From NCBI GenBank assembly GCA_965227835.1, contig OZ245768.1, positions 570,001 to 602,000 on the forward strand: DNA of 32,000 bases. The letters run 5' to 3'. A program made the position numbers and the translations under genes. The notes beneath the pieces were generated by a model. The model ran no database searches. It worked only from the letters and a program-made list of their open reading frames with translations, and was not told where the DNA came from. Each line of letters begins with the position of its first letter. Within the stretch, counting starts at the first letter, position 1. Below are positions 10,000 to 19,821 of this stretch, piece by piece. This stretch comes from Candidatus Saccharimonadota bacterium (GTDB lineage Bacteria; Patescibacteriota; Gracilibacteria; BD1-5; UBA6164).

Positions 10000-12104
10000 T
10001 ATATTTTTCCCAAAAAGTAACTTAAATTAATAACGGAAACATCAAAAATTTTAGCTTTTTCCAACTTAGAGCCGGCTTTATCACCAGCAAGCAAAAAATC
10101 AGTATTTTTAGAAACAGAAGAAACAAATTCTCATCAAACATTTTCAAGTTTTTCAACTAAACTATCTCTTGAAACTTTATTTCAATCTTCTCCTAAAAAA
10201 CTACCAGTTATACAAACTTTTTTCCCATAAAAGAAACTATTTCCCATATTTTCTGATAAAGAGGAAACATTGTAATAACCAATATCAAGTAGATAAACCA
10301 GTTCCTTTAAAATTCAAGCATTATAATCATTACTAAAATAATCAACTACATTAAGAGCTGTTTCAGGTCAAATATCTTCCAAATTTTCTAAATCTTCCAC
10401 ACTATAACTAAAATTTAATAAATCATCTGAACTACTAAACAATTTTCACAAAGTCTTTGCAGTCTTTTTTCAAACTCAATAAATTCATAAAGCGGATATA
10501 AATTTAAAAATATCAAGCTTTCTAGATCTTTCTACCCCTTTAATAAGATTCTCAACAGATTTTTCCTTGAATCATTCAAAATTTAATATCAAATCCTTTT
10601 TACTTTCTAATTTAAAAATATCAGATAAATTTTTTATCAATCCCTCCTTCAAAAATAACTCAACCTGTTTTCTTCATAAACCATCAATATCAAATCAAGA
10701 CTTCCCTACTGCAAAAATAAGTCTTTCTAAATTTATAGACTCACAATGATAAATATTAGGACAATAGTATCTAACCTTATCCTCATCTTTTTGAACTTTT
10801 GATCAACAACTAGGACAGATTTTAGGAATTTTAATATCACTAAAAGTTTCTCTTGTTTTAGAATCTCTTGAAACAACAGATATTATTTTTGGAATAACCT
10901 CTCATGCTCTTTTTATAAAAACATTATCTCAAATCTTAACTCACAAATTAAAAACTTCTTCATAATTATGCAAGGTAGCTCTTTTTATAATAGCTCCTCA
11001 CATTAAAACAGGTTCTAAGTTAGCAACAGGAGTCAAAGTACCAGTTCTTCAAACTTGATGATCAACACTTATTATTTTTGTAGTGAATATTTGAGCTGGA
11101 AATTTATAAGAAATAGCATATTTAGGATGATGTTCAGTTCTTCATATCTTTTCCCAAAAATTGAGATTATTAAGTTTTAATACCAAACCATCAATTTCAA
11201 AATCCAAAGTATTTTTTCTATCTCAAAAAGAATTTATAGAATCTATAACTTCGGTAATTCAATTTAGCTTCTCAAAATAAGAAGAAATTTCAAAACCTAA
11301 ACTTTCAAGGCTTTTTATAATTTCAAAATAAGTATTTGAATTATTATAAAAAGACAAATTTGATACATCATAGGCAAAAAATTTTAAATTTCTTTGTTTT
11401 GTAACTCTATTATCTTTCATTCTAACACTTCAACTAGCTGCATTTCTAGGATTAGAAAAAACCTTTTCTCAAGATTCTTTAGCTTTTCTATTTATTTCTT
11501 CAAAACTAGAAATAGGCATAACAACCTCTCCCCTAACTTCAAAAATACCTTCATAATTTATTTTTTTAGGAATATTTGATATTTGCATTATGTTTTGAGT
11601 AACATCTTCTCAATAATTTCAATCTCATCTAGTAATAGCCTGTGTTAAATTTCAATCTTTATATATAAGTTCAACACCTAATCCATCAAATTTAAACTCC
11701 AATATATATTCTAAATTATAGGAACAATAGCTATTAGAATCATTATCAAATATATTTTTTAGTTGCTTTTTTGTTCTTTCGTCAAAATCTATTAAATCAG
11801 AGTCATTATAAGTATTATCTAAACTTATCATAGGTTTAGAATGCTTTACTTTTTCAAAACTAGATTCTAAAAAAGAAGAACCAACTTTTAAACTTTGTTT
11901 ATCTTCAGTATTAAGTAAGAATTTATCTTCCAAAAATTCCAATTTCTTAAACAAAAAATCATACTGTTCATCTGATATAATGGGATCTTCCCTATTATAA
12001 TATAAATCTGAGTGATATTTTATAATATTTGCCAGTTTTTTAGTATCTGATAATGTAAATAAGTCTAGATCTTTATCTAAAAATTCTTTTGATAAATCAA
12101 GCAT
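9999..12104 (-). CDS. ligA: NAD-dependent DNA ligase LigA (701 aa)
   Basis: ATG 12104-12102, TAA 10001-9999; all 35 sequence lines checked for in-frame TAA/TAG. ..LEFKFDGLGVELIYKDG (KxDG adenylation site), GRTGTLTPVANLEPV, Zn finger CPSCGSKVQKDEDKVRYYCPN, HhH region and a C-terminal BRCT-like FLLAGDKAGSKLEKA. Confidence 0.93.
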
Positions 12105-12796
12105 AATTTAATAGTTAAAATTGGTATATAACAATATATATACTATTTACTTACAAATTTTTAACAAATAAATTTTTAAAACATTTGTTGTATAAGTTTT
12201 TGAAACAAAACTAGGTAATATAAATATATAAATAAGCTAATATTTTTTGTGTCAATAAGTATAAAATAAGTAAATTCCAATCAAAAAAATAAGTTATTTT
12301 TTCTTTATTTAAAAGGAAAAAGCAAACAATATAAATTATTATATAAAACCAAAGGGGCAAATATTTGCTAAATAATTAAATAAAGGATATAATACTTATT
12401 GTAAGTTTAAATTAAACTTACGATCTTTAAAAAGATTTTTACTCTGCCAGAACGGAACTTGTTAAATCCTACAAGAAATCCTAACAAAAAACAAACTGAT
12501 CTTTATGATCAAACAAAAATAAAAACAAAAAAAGTGATAAATATATAAAAAATCACTAAAAATATAAAAAAAAGAGAATTTGAAAAACAATTCTTAAAAA
12601 ATAAAAACAAAAAAGCATGGTGAATAGCTTTCAAATAATTACCCAAGTAAGGTAGAAATCTGAGATTTTATAAGCATTTGTTTTATAAAACTCAAACGAA
12701 ATCAAAGGATTAGATTTCAAAAAGAAATCTAATATTCCCCTAGAACATATAAAATAAGTAATAAAATTTCTAGGCAAGTGAATGATTAGATATTAC

Positions 12797-12840
12797 AAAG
12801 ACCAAAGCTCTATTACCAAATAACTTAGGTCTTTTTTTTT
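12797..12840 (+). terminator. plus-oriented hairpin followed by a run of 9 T (weak, large loop)
   Basis: aaagacc-(24 nt)-ggtcttt followed by ttttttttt at 12832-12840. On the minus strand the hairpin is not followed by a U run. Confidence 0.35.
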
Positions 12841-12844
12841 GTTT

Positions 12845-13348
12845 TTAAATTTCAATATTTTTCTGTTTTTCTTCAATAAATCTTATAGAATAAATAGCTT
12901 CTTTTTTGATTAATTCATTTTTGGAATCTTTATATTGTTTCAAAAAATCAAGTATTTCAGGATGTATGTAAAAACCTATTGAAAAAATAACTGTATTGTA
13001 AAATCTTATATCTGAAATTAGTGAAAACATATAATCAATAATTTCTTTTCTTGTTTCTAAAGAAATATCTAAACTGGTTATTTTGTATGATTTAGTTTCA
13101 TCACTATTTAAGTGATTATATAAAACTTCCGGAGTATAAATATCTATTAATTGATTTAATAGAAAAAGACTAGCTTCTCTATATTCTTTTTCTTTAATTG
13201 CTACAAATAAACCACAAATAAAAAGAGGTATATTATCAATTTCTTTAAGTATATCATCTGTTGGAAATTCTTTTTTCACAACCATATAAAGAAGATTTCT
13301 TATATCTCTATATTTTATAGACTTTATTGAATTGTAGTTATTTTTCAT
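12845..13348 (-). CDS. hypothetical protein (167 aa, helical-repeat-like)
   Basis: Standard-code ORF with a true TAA stop and no TGA. No recognisable motif. Last gene of the minus-strand string. Confidence 0.6.
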   Translation of the reverse strand: MKNNYNSIKSIKYRDIRNLLYMVVKKEFPTDDILKEIDNIPLFICGLFVAIKEKEYREASLFLLNQLIDIYTPEVLYNHLNSDETKSYKITSLDISLETRKEIIDYMFSLISDIRFYNTVIFSIGFYIHPEILDFLKQYKDSKNELIKKEAIYSIRFIEEKQKNIEI

Positions 13349-13413
13349 TATTAGTTTTTTAAATGTTTTAAAATAAAATTAATAAAAATCATTTAAATTT
13401 TTAATCATTTAAA

Positions 13414-14859
13414 TTAACTCCTCATACTTCTAACTAAATTATCCCAATCATTTTTAGGTTTCTCTGAAATTTGTGATCATTTTGGAATTTTAGGATAATT
13501 TCATCTCACTCCTTGAGGAGTATTTTCATCATAATATAGTTTAAATTCTGGTGGGTTATAGCAGGAAATAATAGGAATTCATTCAAAATTATTTTTTCAG
13601 TATCTATTTCATACACAACTAATACCCACAGTTTGTCATCATTTTTTTCAAACTAGTATCATCATCTTGGTCAAAGTACTTCACTTTGTAATTATATCTT
13701 CACTTAAAATAACTTTCTTTCATCTTAAATCTATATCATGTCTTTTCAACATCATTTCTTTATCATTTTCTCATCATTTTTCAGTATAAATACTATCTTC
13801 AATTCCTAGTTTTTCAGCTAATAAAAGAGACATTCTAACACTTCCCATTTGTGCTCAAATAACTACATCAGCTTCTAATCACAAATTTTTTATTTCACTA
13901 GCAATTTCGTTTGCAGCTCTTTGTAATACTAAATAATTTCTCTCAATAGCTCATATATTTATATAAGCATTACTTAAAAGTCAGCTAGCAAGTCTACAGT
14001 ATTTTCATCATTCTATTCTATTATAAAAAGCTCAAATATATCTCAACAATTCTTCAAAACTACCCGTATAAAGCAATCTTTCAAATTCATTTTTGTCTTT
14101 AGAAATATTACTTTCTTGAAAAAAATCATATCAAATACAACATATTTCATCAAAAAATTCATTTACTGTATCTTTCAAATTTTCACTTCATAAAATTGGT
14201 CTTCACATAACTATATGATTAGAACCTTGGTTAATTGCTTCTTTAGGTGTAGTAATTCTTTTTTGGTCTCATTTATCTCATAAATAAAATCTCACTCAAG
14301 GAGTAATAATTTCAAAATTGTAATCTCTATAAACATCTCTTAATATTTGAGCTTCCATAGGAGAGCAAACGATACCATCAACTCAAGCCTGTAAAGCTTC
14401 CTTTGCAAGTTTTAAAACACTATGTTTTGAGGTTTCATCAAATATTTTATTTGTTTCTAAATCATCAAGTGTAGTTAAAGCGGTAATTGCAAAAATCTTA
14501 GTTTTCATTCATAGACTATTTCTAGTTTCTACTGCTTTTTTCAAAGCCTCATATCAACTACTTGCATGAATGGTAACAAATTCTGCTTTGTTTCAAAGAT
14601 CATAGTTTCATAACTTTTTAATGTAGTTTATAGTTGTATTTTGGATATCATGCCATTTAGGATCAAGCATAATACCTCACTTTACTCATTTAAACATTTC
14701 ATCAACTCCTCTAAGTCAAATATCTGCTAATAAATCATTAACTTTAAAAACAATTCTATCCATATATCAAGAACACTCCGAGGATATTTGCTCAATCTTA
14801 CTTCTAGCTTCTGACTCTGATAAATTATCTAAAGCAATAATTAGTTTATGATTATTCAT
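13414..14859 (-). CDS. pyrF/pyrE: fused orotidine-5'-phosphate decarboxylase (N) and orotate phosphoribosyltransferase-like domain (C), 481 aa
   Basis: ATG 14859-14857, TAA 13416-13414, frame verified line by line. N-terminal half: HKLIIALD..VFKVNDLL..MLDPKWHDIQNT..ITPGVR..GSNHIVMGRPIL (PyrF signatures). C-terminal half: CRLASGLLSNAYINIG..VVIGAQMGSVRMSLLLAEKLG..GKKVILSEDIITKGSTL (type I PRTase PRPP loop). Confidence 0.8.
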
Positions 14860-14954
14860 ATTTTTAATTTTAAAATAATTAATAAGTTATATAAATATGA
14901 ATAAATACAAATTTGTCAAACATAAAATTAAAAATAAAATTACAACGATAATAA

Positions 14955-15482
14955 TTAGCCTCTCAAATACAGTGTTCATCCCTTTTGATTTTGATATTTA
15001 CCATTATAGGTATTAATTGATTTTGAAGTTGCCTTAAAAAAATATATCTGTACAAATGCAATATTTGGATAAATTATTATTGAATGATTTGCATTATTTT
15101 TAATTTCTAGTGTTATGTTTCATATAAATCCAGGATCAATATGACCATCAGCATTATGGGCTTGTATTCAAGCTCGTGCAATATTTCATTTGGTTTCAAT
15201 AAATCAAAAATATCAATTAGGTATTGTTATATTTTCAATTGTAGATCATATCAAAAATTCCCCTGATTTTAATTTATATCCTTTTTTTGGGATTATTATT
15301 TCTCTAAAATTAGATAATTTTTCTGATTTCAAATCAACAATACTAGATTCATAACTAATTAATATAGAGTTTAAATGCAAATCAATATGATTACATTTAA
15401 TATCTTTTCTTTTAGGAAAAGGGATAATTTTTAAATCATTTTTATCAATCAATTTAATTATATCTCTATCACTAAGTATCAT
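14955..15482 (-). CDS. dcd: dCTP deaminase / dUTPase-superfamily enzyme (175 aa)
   Basis: ATG 15482-15480, TAA 14957-14955. MILSDRDIIKLI.., ..AHNADGHIDPGFIGNITLEIKNNANHSI.., C-terminal YNGKYQNQKGGTL. Confidence 0.85.
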
Positions 15483-15498
15483 ATTATTATATATTTAT

Positions 15499-16062
15499 TT
15501 ATAAAATTACCTCATAACTATTATTAATTTCGTTCAAATAATCAATAGCTTCATCAATATTTTTTACTCATTTACAAATAAGTCTGTTTTCATCATTTTT
15601 ATATCTATCATCAAGATAAGTATTTTTTAATTTATCTGCCCAACCTCAAGTTCCTTCCATAATAATAATTGGTATCTTTTTTTGGTAAGCTATAGTTACT
15701 TCATTTAAAGTTCAAGACCCTCATCAAATAACAATTATAGCATCACAGCTAGATACCAAAACAAATTCCCTTCATCATCATCTCTGCATTCAGGTATTTA
15801 TTATTATATCAGTATATTTTGGCATATCTCACCATATATCAGGAGTATTTCAGTATGTAATTCAAGTTACTAAACCTCAGCTAGATTTAGCTCATCTAGC
15901 TGAAACCGATGGTAAACTATCACTATCTTTTTCAGCTCAATAAAGAATTTTATAATTGTTTTCTGCAAGTAGTTTTCACAAATCAAATGCAGTTTTTTCA
16001 ACATCTTTTTTATAAGATAAATCTCCTTGAGATCACATTATTCATACTTGTCTTATTTTCAT
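15499..16062 (-). CDS. SLOG/LOG-family (TIGR00725-like) Rossmann-fold nucleotide-binding protein (187 aa)
   Basis: ATG 16062-16060, TAA 15501-15499, frame verified. QVGIMGSQGD.., ..GMQRGGGREFVLVSSCDAIIVIGGGSGTLNEVTIAY.. (LOG-type GGGxGT motif). Confidence 0.7.
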
Positions 16063-16072
16063 AATTGTATAT

Positions 16073-16957
16073 TTAAATATTATTTTTTTCCAATTCTAGC
16101 AACCTTGAAATTGAGACATTTATATCATAGCTTTCTGATAAATATTTTATCCTAGGTAAATTTGTAAGCCTAATAATTCTACTGTCAATATATTGCATTT
16201 CTTGCCAAATATCCCTGTTTAGACAAATCATATTTTTACAAAAAGACTTAGAGTTATACTTAGGAATTGATGCTTTTTTATTAGCAATTTGAGAATTTGA
16301 TATATATGGTAAACCGTTTAGGTTATTCAAATAAAAAAAAGATGCTCATCAATTTTTTGTTCAATAAAACAAATCTCTTTCATCTAACCAATCTATACAA
16401 CTATTTTCTCTATACATAGATTTTATAGGTATTCAATCAAGGTTATCTAATCATGTGAAATTTAATATAACTCTTATTTCTTTTATATCAACTCAATTGT
16501 AAAATAAATTTTCTACGACTTTTTTTAGTGTATCTCAAGAAAATAATCAATCATCACAAATTACTATTTCTTTTCAAGAAGGAATAATTAAATCTTTTGT
16601 TTGATACCAAAGTTTTTCTCAATTTCTCTGTAAAATTTCATAGTTATTGGGATTACTTAGTATAGAATCTATATTTTTATAAGCTCTAGTTGAACTAAAA
16701 TAAAAATTTGCATCTTCTATATATATTCAATCTTCAAGAGATATTACAAATTCTCACTGTTTTTTTAGTTGTTGAAAGAAACCACATATACTATCATAAC
16801 TAACAAATTCAACTACTTTTTGTTCAAAAGATTTATTAACAATATCTATTAAATCCTTTCTAAAATCTTTCCTAATTTCTGTAAAATTTTGAGACAAAAA
16901 ATCAACTCCTAGAGTTAAAGTTCTTTCTATATCTCAAGTTATAAAATATTTTTTCAT
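16073..16957 (-). CDS. hypothetical protein with a PRTase-like PRPP-loop motif (294 aa)
   Basis: ATG 16957-16955, TAA 16075-16073, frame verified. KEIVICDDGLFSGDTLKKVVENL resembles the acidic-hydrophobic PRPP-binding loop of phosphoribosyltransferases. The rest is unrecognised. Confidence 0.55.
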
Positions 16958-17533
16958 AATATAATTTTTAAAAAATAAAAAACTATTACTCTTATACAGC
17001 AATAGTTATAAAAAGCTTAAAAGACATTTTTATTAATCACTGTAAAAATGTTCTAACAAAGTATGATGAAAATTTTTATAAAAATTTTTCTTTTTCATAA
17101 AGGAAAAAATTAAAAAATAAAAAAGCTACTATTTCTCTTGAAATAATAGCTTTGAAATAATTTTATTATACTTTAGATAAAATAAAACCACAAAAAACTA
17201 TTATTTCAGTTTTTTGTGTTATGATGATTTGTATTTGTAAATATTTTTAACATAGTTTTTGTATTTAATTTACTTAATTATTTAAAATGTTCTAAAAGAG
17301 ATATTAATTGAAATATTGGAAAAGTCAAATTTATTTTTTTTTGGGAAATTATCTGTACCAGTAGATAGGAACTAGTTATTATTATTTAATTAAAAAATCA
17401 TCAAAAGTAAAAAATAAAAATTAAGAAATTAATAACGTTTAAATATGATTTTTAAAACTGGATATTTTTTAATTTTTAAATATGTTAGAGAGAGTATGAA
17501 AAATTAAAATCTAAAATTCTACAATTCTAAAAA

Positions 17534-19234
17534 ATGTATAAAAAAATATATATTATCTGAATATGATGAATATGAATATCTGCTGTAGCAAGATATTATT
17601 TGCAAAAATGATATAAAATATTTTGAAGTGATAAAACAAACTCTGAATTAATATCTAAACTGAAAGAAGAATGAATGGATATTATAATTTGAGAAGATGA
17701 AAAAAGAATAGATAAAAATTTTGAAAAAGTCATATATTCCAAAGCAATATCAAAAGATGCAGAAGAAATAAAAAAAGCAGTAAAATTGGGCATAAAAACA
17801 AAAAGCTATCCAGAAGAATTAGCTGAAATAACAAAGGATAAGAAATTAATAGCTATATCCTGAACGCACTGAAAAACAACTACAACATCCCTAGTATCAC
17901 TTGTATTAAAAAATTCAAATTATAATTTTTGAGCTATAATTTGAAGCACACTAAATCAACTAGATAAAAAAAATTTTTGCTATAAATGAAAAGAAAATCC
18001 GTGAGATCATTTTGTAATAGAAGCATGTGAATACAAAAGAAGCTTTTTAAAATATAAACCTTTGATAACAGTAATAACAAATATAGAACTAGACCATCTA
18101 GATTATTATAAAGATGAAAAAGATTATTTATTAGCATTTGAAGAATTTACAAAAAATACAATAAAGTGATGATATGTAATTCTAAACTGACAAGATAAGA
18201 ATTGTAAAAAACTACTAAAATTAAGAAAAGACCTAAACTACATAGAAATACACCAAAACCATTTCAAAGTCTTTAAAAATGACCTACTCCCCTCTCCTTT
18301 AAGGAGAGGTGTTGTGGGTGAGGTATGTCCGGAAATAAATGGGAATGAAGAAAAATCGGTCAGGAGTAAGGTTTATTCAAACAAGAATATGCAAGGGGTC
18401 AAGTATATGCAAGGGATCAAGTATATGCAAGGGATCAAGTATATGCAAGGGATCAAGTATATGCAAGGGGTCAAGACCCCTTGTCTTAGTGAATTTTGAG
18501 ATGAAATTTGAAAAATTGAAAATAAAATATGTTCTACCCCCCTCTCCTCTAAGGAGAGGGGTTGGGGGTGAGGTATGACCGGAAATGATCAGGGATGAGG
18601 TCTGTCCGAAGATGACTGAAAGTGAAGTTTAAATTACTGAGCTAAAATTTTTAAATTTCCAAAAATATCTCTAAAAATACCAGGGAGTCATATACTCTTT
18701 GATGCAAAAATAGCATATACAATATGAAAAATACTAGATATACAAGAAAAAGAAATAATCTCTTCAATACAAAATTATAGTTGAGCTTGGAGAAGAAATG
18801 AAATAATATGAAAAACAAAAAATGGTAATATATTGATAAGTGATTATTGACATCATCCTACAGAAATAAAACTAACACTAGAATCTATAAAAAATGCTAA
18901 CAAAGATAAAAAAATCCTAACAATATTTCAGCCACATCAATATAGTAGAACACTTAAACTTATAAATGATTTTAAAGAATGTTTTAAATACAGTGATAAA
19001 TTAATAATACCAAATATATATGAATCAAGAGACAGCAAAGAAGACAAAGAAAAAATAAATTCTGAAAAATTAGTGTCTTTAATAAATCATAAAAATAAGT
19101 CTGATTGAAAGGGTTTAAAAAATACATTAAAAATGATTTTAGAATATGATAATAAAAATATTAACTCAAGCATAATTATATTGCTTTGAGCATGAGACAT
19201 AGATGATTTGAGGAATAAAATTCCTTTAGATTAA
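17534..19234 (+). CDS. murC: UDP-N-acetylmuramate--L-alanine ligase MurC with a 115-codon in-frame insertion (566 aa)
   Basis: ATG 17534, TAA 19232-19234. [22 protein letters not shown] (four TGA glycines at 17558-17575), AISGTHGKTTTTS (P-loop), ..[12 protein letters not shown].., ..[17 protein letters not shown].., ..DYGHHPTEI.., ..[10 protein letters not shown]... Codons 18242-18660 were written out individually and contain no TAA/TAG. Confidence 0.9.
18284..18628 (+). repeat. GC-rich composite repeat element inserted in frame in murC
   Basis: 345 nt (exactly 115 codons), visibly GC-richer than its flanks. Contains a ~65-nt direct repeat (18284-18350 and 18534-18600), each with a hairpin cctctcc-N5-ggagagg (18291-18309, 18541-18559). 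The unit gaggtMtgWccgRaaat... occurs three times (18320, 18570, 18598). Also holds an 18-nt tandem array and a 20-nt palindrome. Confidence 0.8.
18389..18478 (+). repeat. tandem repeat, 18-nt unit atgcaagggatcaagtat x5
   Basis: Head-to-tail copies at 18389, 18407, 18425, 18443 and 18461. Translated in the murC frame as [30 protein letters not shown]. Confidence 0.95.
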
Positions 19235-19255
19235 AAGTATAATCATATAAAAAAA

Positions 19256-19277
19256 AGGTTTGCCCTAGGGCAAACCT
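19256..19277. terminator. bidirectional intrinsic terminator between murC and the convergent membrane-protein gene
   Basis: Perfect 22-nt palindrome aggtttgccctagggcaaacct, preceded by a run of 8 A and followed by cttttaatt. Confidence 0.75.
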
Positions 19278-19284
19278 CTTTTAA

Positions 19285-19578
19285 TTAGTCTCCTTCTTTT
19301 AAATTTTTTTCATTTTGATGTTCTTCACATTTATCTATAAGAACATAAAAAAGTCCTAAAAGAATAGTACATAAATAAATAAAGTAAAAAATACTAACAA
19401 ATACCACATCATACTCCCCATTCACTTTTTTATAAATTTCTAGGACAAATAAAACAAAAGAAATTATAAAGCCGACATTAAAATAAAATCTAGAAGAATC
19501 ACTGGTTGACACAGTATAAAGAATAAATGGCACAGCAACAAAAGAAGCAATATGACAAAAATCAATAAAATTTTCCAT
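19285..19578 (-). CDS. small multi-pass membrane protein, MENF family copy 1 (97 aa)
   Basis: Standard ORF with a TAA stop. MENFIDFCHIASFVAVPFILY.. has three hydrophobic segments and ends ..KEGD. RBS aaaggag lies upstream. Confidence 0.6.
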   Translation of the reverse strand: MENFIDFCHIASFVAVPFILYTVSTSDSSRFYFNVGFIISFVLFVLEIYKKVNGEYDVVFVSIFYFIYLCTILLGLFYVLIDKCEEHQNEKNLKEGD

Positions 19579-19790
19579 GTTTTAAAGAACTCCTTTAAAA
19601 AGTTTGTAACTTCAAAAAGCTAAACAATCAGATAAATCTTCAAGTAATAACTTTTTGCTTATTTTTAGTTATCTTGCATTAATAAATAATCCAAAAAAGG
19701 AAAGAATAAAAAACAAGATAAAATTATAATATAAATAAAAAAAAATTGTCAAAAAATATTTATAGCAAAACAATTTTTAAAATTTAAAAA

Positions 19791-19816
19791 GTAGGCTTAC
19801 ATTTAGGTAAGCCTAC
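19791..19816 (-). terminator. intrinsic terminator after MENF copy 2
   Basis: gtaggcttac-atttag-gtaagcctac, followed on the minus strand by ttttt. Confidence 0.7.
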
Positions 19817-19821
19817 TTTAA

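Noticed and set aside
12105-12844. Assigning the long non-coding gap to RNase P RNA, tmRNA, SRP RNA or 6S RNA
   Set aside because: I found no GAGGAAAGTCC-type P4 strand and no acceptor/T-arm with ACCA end. There is no tag-peptide frame ending in tandem stops and no GGAA-tetraloop SRP domain IV. Weak resemblances (ccagaacggaactt, gtaaggtagaaat) are in the wrong order for RNase P. It is reported only as an unassigned candidate.
14955-15482. dCTP deaminase as an anti-phage nucleotide-depletion effector
   Set aside because: At 175 aa it is the housekeeping Dcd size with no extra N-terminal (kinase-like) domain, as far as I recall of defensive versions. It sits next to pyrimidine-metabolism genes, so the metabolic reading is preferred.
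16958-17533. Several A-run/hairpin/T-run units in the murC upstream region (agctactatttc-tctt-gaaataatagct at 17126-17153; cacaaaaaact-attatttc-agttttttgtg at 17191-17220) as terminators of hidden genes
   Set aside because: No ORF on either strand ends next to them, even with TGA as sense. They may be decayed repeats or sRNA terminators, but I cannot distinguish this from chance structure in very AT-rich DNA.
8600-18137. Track ORFs antisense to the integrase (8600-8833, 9372-9623), ligA (10567-10749, 11394-11579) and murC (17596-17793, 17934-18137)
   Set aside because: Each lies entirely within a long, motif-supported gene on the other strand and has no motif or RBS of its own.
18389-18478. 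Possible CRISPR array because of regularly repeated sequence
   Set aside because: The 18-nt units are directly abutting with no spacers, there are only five copies, and they lie in frame inside murC. No cas genes are in the window.
18314-18578. Two overlapping standard-code ORFs from the track (18314-18499 and 18339-18578) as independent small genes
   Set aside because: The first is simply the murC reading frame between two TGA codons. The second is an out-of-frame reading of the same tandem repeat (CKGSSI x4). Neither has its own RBS.
18284-18628. Intein or self-splicing intron interrupting murC
   Set aside because: At 115 aa it is too short for a typical intein. It is low-complexity and repetitive. 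It lacks the N-terminal Cys/Ser and the C-terminal His-Asn plus nucleophile junction residues. I saw no group I or group II intron core elements, and the element is stop-free in the host frame, which is unnecessary for an intron.
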